DNA of 64,000 nucleotides from an uncultured Acidobacteriaceae bacterium (GTDB taxonomy: Bacteria; Acidobacteriota; Terriglobia; Terriglobales; Acidobacteriaceae). A model generated the notes under the pieces. The model searched no databases. It was not told the origin of the DNA and saw only the letters and a list, made by a program, of their open reading frames with translations. The stretch spans positions 3,258,860 through 3,322,859 of the forward strand of contig OY969908.1 in NCBI GenBank assembly GCA_963704415.1, given 5' to 3'. Shown piece after piece: positions 9,420 through 18,356 of this stretch (position 1 is the stretch's first letter; each line of letters starts with the position of its first letter). The position numbers were made by a program, and so were the translations under genes.

Positions 9420-10769
9420 GTGTGCGCATTGAATCGTAGAAACTTTCTTAGGGCGGCCGGGGCCGCGTCGGCCAGCTCGATGATCGGAACAAAGCTCCAT
9501 GCGCTTGCAGCACTCCAGGACGCACCTGCTCGGCCGGTCTCCGCGAATGACCATATCCAGATTGCGTTGGTCGGCGCGGGCGGGCAGGGACAGTACGACA
9601 CCAAGACCGCGGTTCAGGTGCCCGGCGTGAAACTGGTGGCCGCAGCCGACTGCTATAACGGACGTCTCGTGCGGTGCAAGGAAGTCTGGGGCGACGACGT
9701 TTTCACCACGCGCGATTACAACGAGATCCTGGCGCGGAAGGACATCGATGCGGTCCTCATCGGCACGCCCGATCACTGGCACAAACAGGCGGCGGTGGAT
9801 GCGATGAAGGCGGGCAAGGATGTCTACTGCGAAAAGCCGATGATCCATCTCTATTCCGATGGGCCGGAGATGATTGAGACGTCGCGTGCGACGGGGCGCA
9901 TTTTGCAGATAGGCAGCCAACGCGTGAGTTCCATCATTTATGCGAAGGCAAAGGAACTGCTGGCTGCGGGCGCGATTGGCCAACTCAACATGGTGACTGC
10001 GCGGTGGGATCGCAACTCGTCGATGGGCGCGTGGAACTACACGGTTCCGCCGGATGCATCGCCGGAGACTTGCGACTGGCCGCGGTTTCTTGGGACTGCG
10101 CCGAAGATTCCTTTCAATGCGGAGCATTTCTTTCAATGGCGGAAGTGGAGGGCCTACGGCAGCGGTGTCGCAGGCGATCTGTTTGTGCATCTTTTCAGCG
10201 GGACGCACTTTATCACCGGTTCGCATGGACCCACGCGCGGCATGGCTACCGGTGGCCTGCGCTTCTGGAAGGATGGCCGCGATGTGCCCGATGTGATGCT
10301 GGGCCTCTTCGATTACCGCGAGGGATTCAACTTGAGCCTGCACGTTAATTTTGTCGATGGCGGCGAGGAGAGCGAAGGCCTGATCTTTACCGGGTCGGAG
10401 GGCACGATGGAAATTGGCGGGAACGCCGTCACTGTCAACCGCGTGCCGCTTGCAAGCGCACCCGGCTACACCATCGGCAGTTTTCCCGAGGCGATGCAGA
10501 AAGAGATTATCGAAGCCTACGACGAGAAGTATCCGCCGCACGGGGGCAAGGAGTCGCTGGGCGGAGCGGAAAAATATGAAGCGCCGGAGGGCTACAGCGA
10601 CAGCTACGATCACTTCAAGAGTTTCTTCGCATCGGTTCGGTCGCGGCAGCCTGTGGTGGAGGATGCGGTGTTTGGATATCGCGCGGCCGGTGCGGCGTTG
10701 CTGAGCAATCTCAGTATGGAGAAGGGCGCCGTGGTCGATTGGGATCCGGATGCGATGAAGCTGCTGTAA
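9420..10769 (+). CDS. Gfo/Idh/MocA family oxidoreductase with Tat signal
   Basis: NRRNFLR twin-arginine motif, IALVGAGGQG Rossmann motif, GKDVYCEKPM; GGAGG RBS before GTG 9420 (TTG 9429 is an alternative start). Confidence 0.9.
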   Translation: MCALNRRNFLRAAGAASASSMIGTKLHALAALQDAPARPVSANDHIQIALVGAGGQGQYDTKTAVQVPGVKLVAAADCYNGRLVRCKEVWGDDVFTTRDYNEILARKDIDAVLIGTPDHWHKQAAVDAMKAGKDVYCEKPMIHLYSDGPEMIETSRATGRILQIGSQRVSSIIYAKAKELLAAGAIGQLNMVTARWDRNSSMGAWNYTVPPDASPETCDWPRFLGTAPKIPFNAEHFFQWRKWRAYGSGVAGDLFVHLFSGTHFITGSHGPTRGMATGGLRFWKDGRDVPDVMLGLFDYREGFNLSLHVNFVDGGEESEGLIFTGSEGTMEIGGNAVTVNRVPLASAPGYTIGSFPEAMQKEIIEAYDEKYPPHGGKESLGGAEKYEAPEGYSDSYDHFKSFFASVRSRQPVVEDAVFGYRAAGAALLSNLSMEKGAVVDWDPDAMKLL

Positions 10770-10807
10770 CCACCCCAGCGACGAAGACCTGTCGCTGGGG
10801 ACCCCGG
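10770..10807. repeat. REP-like hairpin, copy 3 (core only)
   Basis: CCACCCCAGCGACGAAGACCTGTCGCTGGGGACCCCGG; stem CCCCAGCGAC/GTCGCTGGGG immediately after a stop codon. Confidence 0.65.
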
Positions 10808-10838
10808 ACATGACGCGTCGCCGTTTAGACTCGTGTGG

Positions 10839-11693
10839 ATGGTAAAGCGCATCGGGGTGCACCTTGGCACGGCGGGCGGAGCATCGAATGCCGTGCAACG
10901 CGCACGCGAGATCGGCGCGAACACCTTTCAGATGTTTTCGTCGAGCCCACGCATGTGGCGCGCCCCCCGGGCAGACTCCGCGCAGTGCGAAAGAATGCGT
11001 GCGCAGCGCGCCGCGCTTGACGTCAGCCCCTTGGTGATTCACACCAGCTACCTGGTCAACGTGTGCAGCCAGACGAAGGAATTTCGCGACAAGAGCGTGG
11101 GTGCGTTTCGCGGCGAGATCGAGCGGGCGCTGGCCTTTGGCGCCGACTATCTGGTGCTGCACCCTGGCTCGTGGAAGGGCATGACGCGTCACGAGGGCCT
11201 CAAGTTGGCCGCAGAATCGATTGAGAAGGCGATCGATGGGCTGCCATGGCAAGGAACCACGTTCACCATTCTCATCGAGAATACGGCGGGTTCAGAATGT
11301 TCGCTGGGAGGCAGTTTTGACCAGGTGGCTGAGTTGGTGGCGTTGCTCCAGGCGCATGCGCCCGTGGCCGTCTGCCTGGATACATGCCACACGCATGTCT
11401 CCGGCTACGACATCGTGAGCGACCAGGGTTACGCAGATACGATGAAGCAGATTGTCGCAACGGTGGGATGCAAAGCGGTGCGCGTTTGGCACTGCAACGA
11501 TGCGAAGGCTGCGCGCGGGTCGAAGCTTGACCGGCATGAGCACATTGGGCAGGGAACGATTGGCGTAGAGCCCTTTCGACGGCTTCTGAACGACAAGCGC
11601 TTCGCCCACGCTGCCTTTATTGCCGAGACTCCGGTGGATGAAGAGGGCGACGAGGAGCGGAACGTACGTGTGCTGAAGAGCCTGGTGAAATAG
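10839..11693 (+). CDS. nfo: Endonuclease IV (AP endonuclease)
   Basis: IGVHLG, HTSYLVN, VLHPGS, ENTAG, CLDTCH, HCND, DRHEHIGQG, ETP motifs. Confidence 0.95.
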   Translation: MVKRIGVHLGTAGGASNAVQRAREIGANTFQMFSSSPRMWRAPRADSAQCERMRAQRAALDVSPLVIHTSYLVNVCSQTKEFRDKSVGAFRGEIERALAFGADYLVLHPGSWKGMTRHEGLKLAAESIEKAIDGLPWQGTTFTILIENTAGSECSLGGSFDQVAELVALLQAHAPVAVCLDTCHTHVSGYDIVSDQGYADTMKQIVATVGCKAVRVWHCNDAKAARGSKLDRHEHIGQGTIGVEPFRRLLNDKRFAHAAFIAETPVDEEGDEERNVRVLKSLVK

Positions 11694-11701
11694 CTCGTGC
11701 G

Positions 11702-11730
11702 TTGCTTGGTGTACCGTTGTACGGTACAAT
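11702..11730 (+). promoter_or_regulatory. Putative sigma70 promoter and autoregulatory operator of higBA
   Basis: TTGCTT-17 bp-TACAAT overlapped by the perfect inverted repeat TGTACCGT-TGT-ACGGTACA (11710-11728). Confidence 0.7.
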
Positions 11731-11749
11731 GGGTTAAGAAAGCAGCCGA

Positions 11750-12046
11750 ATGATTCTCGGATTTCGAGACCGCTGGTTGCAGGAGTTTTTCTTACACGAC
11801 CTGGACAGTCGGAAGATTCCGTCGAATTTGGAGTCGCGGTTGTTCAGGAAACTGCAATTGCTGGACGATGCAATGTCGGATGCTGACCTGCGAGTACCGC
11901 CGAGCAATCATTTTGAGAAGCTTCGCGGGAATCTCGCGGGATGGCATTCCATCCGGATCAACGACCAGTGGCGGTTGATCTTCCAATGGAACGGTAGTAG
12001 AGGCGAAGCTGCCGAAGTTTACCTCGACAATCACAGTTACCGGTGA
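11750..12046 (+). CDS. higB: HigB (RelE/ParE-family) toxin
   Basis: DLRVPPSNHFEKLRGNLAGWHSIRINDQWRLIFQW; toxin precedes antitoxin. Confidence 0.9.
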   Translation: MILGFRDRWLQEFFLHDLDSRKIPSNLESRLFRKLQLLDDAMSDADLRVPPSNHFEKLRGNLAGWHSIRINDQWRLIFQWNGSRGEAAEVYLDNHSYR

Positions 12047-12055
12047 GGAGTGGTC

Positions 12056-12364
12056 ATGCTGAGCACGGAACGGAAGCCCGTTAGCGTAGGCGAGATGCTG
12101 GTAGAGGAGTTTCTGACTCCGATGGAGCTGACGCAAAGTGCATTGGCACAGGCGATGGGCGTACCGCGCAAGCTGGTGAACGAACTGTGCAACAATCGCC
12201 GCGCGGTGACTGCGGATACGGCGCTGATGCTGGCGCGCGTTTTTGGCAACTCACCGGAATTCTGGTTGAATGTGCAGCGTCGAACGGATCTTTGGGAAGC
12301 GCTGCATACGCCGAAACGCCGCCAGCGGATTGAGCAGGCACGGGCACTGCAAATGGCTGGATAG
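12056..12364 (+). CDS. higA: HigA antitoxin (XRE HTH)
   Basis: GEMLVEEFLTPMELTQSALAQAMGV...VTADTALMLARVFGNSPEFWLNVQ; GAGGAG RBS. Confidence 0.9.
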   Translation: MLSTERKPVSVGEMLVEEFLTPMELTQSALAQAMGVPRKLVNELCNNRRAVTADTALMLARVFGNSPEFWLNVQRRTDLWEALHTPKRRQRIEQARALQMAG

Positions 12365-12443
12365 TGAGTGCACTTCTCTAAAGATCCTCTTGAAGGGCAG
12401 CCACGGCTCGGATAGAGCCTTCGTTCTCCGTTTACACTGAAGG

Positions 12444-14981
12444 GTGATGGCGGAAGAAAAAGAACAGCGATACGACCCGGCGGTGATTGAGGCCAAGTGG
12501 CAGGCGCGCTGGGCTGCAGACCCTGCGCTCTACGCGGCCGATCCGGCCGGAACAGACAAGCCGAAATACTACGTGCTCGAGATGCTGCCCTATCCCAGTG
12601 GGCAGCTGCACATGGGCCACGTGCGCAACTACTCCATCGGCGATGCGCTGGCCCGCCATATGTGGATGCGCGGCTACAACGTACTGCATCCCATGGGATG
12701 GGACGCCTTCGGGCTGCCGGCAGAGAACGCGGCGCTCAAGAATAATGTTCCTCCGCGCGAGTGGACGCTCAACAACATCGCCGGGATGAAGCGGCAGTTT
12801 GAGCGCCTCGGCATGGGATTTGACTGGGCCACCGAAATCACCACCTGCCTGCCAGACTACTACCGGTGGAACCAGTGGTTCTTTCTGCGCATGTACGAGC
12901 GCGGGCTCGCCTATCGCAAGAAGAGCAAGGTGAACTGGTGCCCTGAGTGCGCCACGGTGTTGGCGAATGAGCAGGTGATCGACGGCCGCTGTTGGCGCCA
13001 CGAAGACACGATTGTCGAGCAACGCGACCTGGTGCAGTGGTTCTTCCGCATCACCGCATACGCTCAGGAATTGCTGGATGGCCTGGACAAGCTGGAGGGC
13101 TGGCCGGAAAAAGTACGCACCATGCAGCGCAACTGGATCGGCCGCAGCGATGGGACGGAAGTCGACTTTTTCCTGGCGGAAAAAATCGACCAGGGACCAG
13201 GGACTAAGGGACTAGCAAAAGAAAAGATTAGGGTGTTCACAACCCGAGTTGACACGATCTTTGGCGCGACGAGTCTGCAGCTTGCCCCCGAGCATCCGCT
13301 GGTGACAGCTTTAGCCGCAGAAGACGCTGGCCTGAAGGCGCAAGTGAATCAGCTCATCGAAGAGCAGAAGCTTGCGCGAGAAACCGGCGATATCGGGGAG
13401 ATTGAGAAGCATGGAGTGCCCACCGGTCACTTCGCCATCAATCCGTACAGCGGGGAGATGGTGCCGATCTGGGTTGCCAACTACGTGCTCAGCGACTACG
13501 GAACAGGCGCAATTATGAGTGTGCCGGCGCACGATGAACGCGATTTTGAGTTTGCAACCAAATATGCGATTCCGATTCGGCGCGTGATTGCACCCAGGGA
13601 TGCAAGCGGCGAGGAACCGACGCTTCCATTCACGACCAAGGATGGTGTGGTGATCAATTCCGGCGAATTTGACGGCCTTGGCTGTGAAGAAGCGGTGAAG
13701 CGCTTCCAGGCAGTAGCGGTGGCCGGTGGTTTTGGTGAACCCAAAGTGACGTTCCGCCTGAAGGACTGGGGCGTGAGCCGGCAGCGCTATTGGGGCACGC
13801 CGATCCCGATGATCCACTGCGAACGCGACGGCCTTGTGCAGGTCCCGGACGACCAGTTGCCGGTCATTCTGCCGGAAAACATCGAGATTACGCAGCAGGG
13901 CGGCTCGCCGTTGGCGCGTGTGCCTTCGTTCGTTGACGTCATCTGTCCAAAGTGTGGAGGCGCGGCCCGCCGCGAGACCGACACAATGGACACCTTTGTC
14001 GATTCGAGCTGGTACTTCTATCGCTACACCGACGCGAAGAACGCGACTGCGCCGTTTGATCCTGCGCGTGTGGCCTATTGGTTTCCCATCGACCAATACA
14101 TCGGCGGCGTCGAGCACGCAATTCTGCACCTCATCTATTCGCGCTTCTGGACCAGGGTCATGCGCGATCTGGGCATGGTGCAGCACGACGAACCGGTGCG
14201 GCGTCAGTTTTCGCAGGGCATGGTCATCAAAGACGGCGCCAAGATGTCGAAGTCGAAGGGCAACGTGGTTTCGCCCGACGACATGGTGGCACGCTTCGGT
14301 GCAGACTCTGCGCGTATGTATGCTCTGTTCGCGGCGCCGCCAGACCGCGATCTCGATTGGCAGGAGGACGGCGTTGCGGGGGTGAGCCGTTTTCTGGCCC
14401 GCGTATGGAGGCTGGCGAATAAGTACACGCCGGTTGCACGCACAGCGAAGGGCGAGACGGTTGTGGCGCCGAGTGGTGTGTCGCTGAAGTTGCTGCGCAA
14501 GCTGCACCAGACCATCGCGAAAATCACGCTTGATTTTGAAGGGCGCTGGCATTTCAACACGTGTGTTGCAGCCATCATGGAATTCGTCAATGAGATGCAG
14601 GCTGCCGATGCGCAACTCACCGCGGGTGAAGTTCCCGCGCCAGTGATGCACGAACTGCTGCGGTCGCTGGTCTTACTGTTGGCGCCATTTGCGCCGTATC
14701 TCGCGGCGGAACTCTGGGAGGAACTCGGCGAGGACGGCGCAATACTGCGCGCGCCGTGGCCGGTGAGCAACGCGGAATTGGCGAAGGAAGATGAGATCGA
14801 GATTCCTGTTCAGATCAACGGGAAGCTCGTGACACTGGTGCGAGTGAGCGCGGAAGCCAGCCCCAAGGAGATCGAAGCTGCCGCCTTAGCCAACGAAAAG
14901 GTCCAGGCGCGCACCAAGGGGAAGACCATTGCGAAGGTCATTGTCGTGCCTGGCAGAACCGCGAATCTGGTTGTCAAATGA
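12444..14981 (+). CDS. leuS: Leucine--tRNA ligase
   Basis: HIGH-type HMGH and KMSKS motifs, DWGVSRQRYWGTPIP, editing domain GTGAIMSVPAHDERD. Confidence 0.98.
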   Translation: MMAEEKEQRYDPAVIEAKWQARWAADPALYAADPAGTDKPKYYVLEMLPYPSGQLHMGHVRNYSIGDALARHMWMRGYNVLHPMGWDAFGLPAENAALKNNVPPREWTLNNIAGMKRQFERLGMGFDWATEITTCLPDYYRWNQWFFLRMYERGLAYRKKSKVNWCPECATVLANEQVIDGRCWRHEDTIVEQRDLVQWFFRITAYAQELLDGLDKLEGWPEKVRTMQRNWIGRSDGTEVDFFLAEKIDQGPGTKGLAKEKIRVFTTRVDTIFGATSLQLAPEHPLVTALAAEDAGLKAQVNQLIEEQKLARETGDIGEIEKHGVPTGHFAINPYSGEMVPIWVANYVLSDYGTGAIMSVPAHDERDFEFATKYAIPIRRVIAPRDASGEEPTLPFTTKDGVVINSGEFDGLGCEEAVKRFQAVAVAGGFGEPKVTFRLKDWGVSRQRYWGTPIPMIHCERDGLVQVPDDQLPVILPENIEITQQGGSPLARVPSFVDVICPKCGGAARRETDTMDTFVDSSWYFYRYTDAKNATAPFDPARVAYWFPIDQYIGGVEHAILHLIYSRFWTRVMRDLGMVQHDEPVRRQFSQGMVIKDGAKMSKSKGNVVSPDDMVARFGADSARMYALFAAPPDRDLDWQEDGVAGVSRFLARVWRLANKYTPVARTAKGETVVAPSGVSLKLLRKLHQTIAKITLDFEGRWHFNTCVAAIMEFVNEMQAADAQLTAGEVPAPVMHELLRSLVLLLAPFAPYLAAELWEELGEDGAILRAPWPVSNAELAKEDEIEIPVQINGKLVTLVRVSAEASPKEIEAAALANEKVQARTKGKTIAKVIVVPGRTANLVVK

Positions 14982-15883
14982 AAGCGGGCCTCCCGATGGC
15001 GCAGCCAGTGCGGGCGACGCAGAAACTTGTCGATCAGATGGGCTGGGTCTTACGCCGCCCTTCTCTCACGGCCATTGAAATTGCGTGGCACTGGCTGTTC
15101 GGTGCGCCATTTCTCTGGGTTTGTTATGGGCAGGCGAAGAAGATCCTGACTGCGCTGCCGCCTTCTTACACAGGGCTCTCGAACCTGGATACACAGAATC
15201 CCTGGGTCGCTGTCGTGCAACTGGCCGATGCGTGGTCCCGCTACGCACCCTATGTGGCGCATTCGCTTCACTGGCTTGTTCCGACTGCTGCGATTGCCTG
15301 GATTGTTGCTTCGGGAGTGGGACGCGGACTTGTGCTCAAGCTACTCGAACCGGGGTTTCGGTTCAGGCCGCTGGCGATGATGGCGTTGCAGGCCGGGTGG
15401 CTCGTCCTGCTGGGCCTGGTTTTCTGGGGATGGTTCCACTCGATCCAATGGGTGGCTGCCACACATATCGCTCCCGATGGCGACGCCGACCTGGTGGGTT
15501 ATTCGATCTGGGCAATCTTTCTTTCGCTGGGATTCTTCACGCTATGGGCGCTGATTAGCTGGCCGTTTGCGGTCGCGCCTATGCTGATGCTGCTGGAAAA
15601 GCGAAGTGCGGCCTCTGCGTTTGTGGCGAGCTTCGGACTCGGTCGTGCGTTTACCAGTAAGCTGATGGAGATCAACCTGGTGATGGGCATTGTGAAGCTG
15701 GCGCTGATCGTGCTGGCCATGGTGTTTTCCGCCGCACCGTTGCCTTTCAGCGATGAACTCGGCCCGGACGCCATGCATTTTGTGTGGGCCGGATCGACGC
15801 TCTTCTACCTGGTCGTAAGCGACTATTTTCATGTTGTCCGGCTGAAGAGTTTCATCGAATTCTGGCGAACTTTTCGTGGATAA
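14978..15883 (+). CDS. Hypothetical polytopic membrane protein
   Basis: About 6 hydrophobic segments; ATGA overlap with the leuS stop. Confidence 0.7.
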   Translation: MKAGLPMAQPVRATQKLVDQMGWVLRRPSLTAIEIAWHWLFGAPFLWVCYGQAKKILTALPPSYTGLSNLDTQNPWVAVVQLADAWSRYAPYVAHSLHWLVPTAAIAWIVASGVGRGLVLKLLEPGFRFRPLAMMALQAGWLVLLGLVFWGWFHSIQWVAATHIAPDGDADLVGYSIWAIFLSLGFFTLWALISWPFAVAPMLMLLEKRSAASAFVASFGLGRAFTSKLMEINLVMGIVKLALIVLAMVFSAAPLPFSDELGPDAMHFVWAGSTLFYLVVSDYFHVVRLKSFIEFWRTFRG

Positions 15884-16036
15884 GATCGAAATCGCGTCGA
15901 GATCGAATCTCCGCGTCCATCCCCGGTACCTTTGGGGATGCGATGGCATGTAACTTGATTGCGAGCCACGTTCAACCGTGATTCAATCGCCTTCATAGCC
16001 GCACAGCGATATCGAAACCTTGTCGTGAGGTTGATT

Positions 16037-16148
16037 TAGACCGGTTCCACAATTCATGTACCTTCGCCGGTTCGGTTCAAGGTGGCATTTTCTTGAGAAA
16101 AATGCCACTCGGCAGTAGCGGCTCGGGTACAGCAATCGTGGAACCGTA
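16037..16148 (+). mobile_element. MITE-like palindromic repeat, copy B
   Basis: TAGACCGGTTCCACAA...GTGGCATTTTCTTGAGAAAAATGCCAC...GTGGAACCGTA; closely matches the reverse complement of 19508-19621. Confidence 0.7.
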
Positions 16149-16162
16149 GCAAGGGAGCCTGG

Positions 16163-18334
16163 ATGGGTTGGTATTTCGCGTTCTTTTTTCTCTCGGGGTT
16201 CTGCAGCATTCTTTACGAGCTTGTCTGGCTTCGGTTGACGATGGCACAGTATGGCGTCACGACTGCGCTGGTGTCGATCACGCTTTCCATGTTCATGCTG
16301 GGCATGGGTGCTGGGTCCTGGGGGGCAGGTGAAGTTGTTCGGCGTTTTGGTGCAAAGGGCGGCTCGTCGCTGCGCTTATACGCGCTCGCTGAATTCCTCA
16401 TAGGCTGTTCGTCCTTAGCTGTCCCCAGTGAGCTGGCCCTTGGGCATCGGTTGCTCGATTCGCTGACAGGCAATAACAATATGTCATCCGGGACCTACTA
16501 TCTTGCCTCGGGTGCGCTTGTAGCGATCACCCTGCTTCCGTGGTGCGTATGCATGGGCGCCACCTATCCGTTGGCAATGTCTGCGATTGAGGGCGACTCT
16601 AATCGCGAATCTCGCCGCTCTTTCAGCTATCTCTATTTGTCCAACGTAGCGGGCGCGTTCGCTGGGGCCATCGTACCGTTGTTTCTGATCGAACTCTATG
16701 GATTCCATGGCACACTGCGCATCGGATCGCTACTCAACGCTGTCATAGCTTTCACGGCATTTGGACTGTCGCTTCGCAAGCTGGAGAGTAGAGAAGCTCG
16801 TGTGCCCAAGGTCGGGAGCCCGACGGTGGCCGTACTATTGCCGGGCAAGGGCGTCTTGATCCTGCTATTCCTAACTGGCCTAACAACGATGGGTATGGAG
16901 GTGATCTGGATTCGTCTCTTCACACCATATATAGGCCCCCTTGTTTATTCCTTCGCTTTGATCCTGGCCTGCTATCTCGTGGCCACTTTCATCGGGTCCA
17001 TTTTGTATCGGGATGCGAGCCGAAAGGGTGATCCGAATAATCACCTGGCATGGGTCGTTTTGGCACTTGTTGGCATTTTACCCCTGTTGACATCTGATCC
17101 TCGATTCCAGTTCGAACCATTGCAGCGTGTTTGTCTCGGTATCGCTCCATTTGCCTTGTTAATTGGATTTCTTACGCCAATGCTTGTGGATCGCTATTCG
17201 GCCGGTAATCCTGATCGTGCAGGGCGCGGGTATGCGGTGAATGTTCTGGGATGCATTTTAGGCCCGTTGCTCTCTGGATTTATTTTGTTGCCGCTGCTTG
17301 GCGAGCATATCTCGATGCTGCTCTATGCGACGCCGTGGATGTTGATGGCTTTCATCCTGCCGAAGAACAGAGATATTCGTGTTCGGGAAAAGTTCACAGC
17401 CTACGCAATCGTGGTTTCAGTCCTGGTTGTCTTCTTTTTCACGCGGGACTATGAAACGATCTATCCGCAACGTGAGGTATTGCGGGATAGCACGGCGACT
17501 GTGATTGCGACAGGCACTGGGATGCGGAAACGTCTCATCACCAATGGCATGGGGATGACAATGCTGACTCCGATTACGAAGATGATGGCGCACTTGACGC
17601 TTGCCTCGCTCGATCATCAACCTCAGAGCGCGCTTGTCATCTGTTTCGGAATGGGCACGACGTACAGATCGGTGGTTTCCTGGGGAATCTCGTCAACGGC
17701 GGCGGAATTGGTGCCTAGCGTCCCGCGGATGTTCCCCTATTTTCATCAAGATGCCGAGCGAGTCGTGCAATCGCCACAGTCGCATGTGGTGGTCGACGAT
17801 GGCAGGCGATTCCTGGAGCGCACCAACGAGAAGTTCGATGCCATCATTATCGACCCGCCTCCACCCGTTGAGGCGGCAGCGTCCAGCTTGCTCTATTCCG
17901 ACGAATTCTATGCAGTGGCAAAGCATCGGCTGCAGCCAGGTGGAATTCTCCAGCAATGGCTTCCCGGTGGCGAAAAGGAGGTGCAGGCATCGGTTGCCAA
18001 AGCCCTGAAGGACTCTTTTCCGTATGTGACCGTATACGAATCCATGGAGGGGTGGGGATGGCATTTTCTAGCGAGCATGCGCCCTATCCCGAGGCGCAGT
18101 CCCTCTGAACTTGTAGCCCGCATGCCGGCGGCCGCGGTGTCCGACATGATGGAATGGGGACCCGCCGCGACACCGGTTCAACAGTTTCAGTTGGCGCTAT
18201 CGAAAGAGATGACGACAGACCAGCTTATTGACCTTTCTCCATCCACACCCGCAATGAAGGACGACCGCCCCGTGAATGAGTACTTCCTTCTGCGTCGCCT
18301 TGCCGCGGAAAAACGAGGATCAGGAACGCAGTAA
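16163..18334 (+). CDS. Fused MFS-like membrane domain / spermidine-synthase-like SAM-binding domain protein
   Basis: FFLSGFCSILYELVW...GRGYAVNVLG multi-TM N-terminus; C-terminal LVICFGMGTT, AELVP, DDGRRFL, FDAIIIDPP. Confidence 0.85.
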   Translation: MGWYFAFFFLSGFCSILYELVWLRLTMAQYGVTTALVSITLSMFMLGMGAGSWGAGEVVRRFGAKGGSSLRLYALAEFLIGCSSLAVPSELALGHRLLDSLTGNNNMSSGTYYLASGALVAITLLPWCVCMGATYPLAMSAIEGDSNRESRRSFSYLYLSNVAGAFAGAIVPLFLIELYGFHGTLRIGSLLNAVIAFTAFGLSLRKLESREARVPKVGSPTVAVLLPGKGVLILLFLTGLTTMGMEVIWIRLFTPYIGPLVYSFALILACYLVATFIGSILYRDASRKGDPNNHLAWVVLALVGILPLLTSDPRFQFEPLQRVCLGIAPFALLIGFLTPMLVDRYSAGNPDRAGRGYAVNVLGCILGPLLSGFILLPLLGEHISMLLYATPWMLMAFILPKNRDIRVREKFTAYAIVVSVLVVFFFTRDYETIYPQREVLRDSTATVIATGTGMRKRLITNGMGMTMLTPITKMMAHLTLASLDHQPQSALVICFGMGTTYRSVVSWGISSTAAELVPSVPRMFPYFHQDAERVVQSPQSHVVVDDGRRFLERTNEKFDAIIIDPPPPVEAAASSLLYSDEFYAVAKHRLQPGGILQQWLPGGEKEVQASVAKALKDSFPYVTVYESMEGWGWHFLASMRPIPRRSPSELVARMPAAAVSDMMEWGPAATPVQQFQLALSKEMTTDQLIDLSPSTPAMKDDRPVNEYFLLRRLAAEKRGSGTQ

Positions 18335-18356
18335 TCGCCCTTCGTGGTTGAAGCTC

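Noticed and set aside
9333-11252. 639-aa minus-strand ORF
   Set aside because: It is an antisense shadow of the oxidoreductase and nfo genes; Arg/His-rich with no family motifs, as expected in high-GC DNA.
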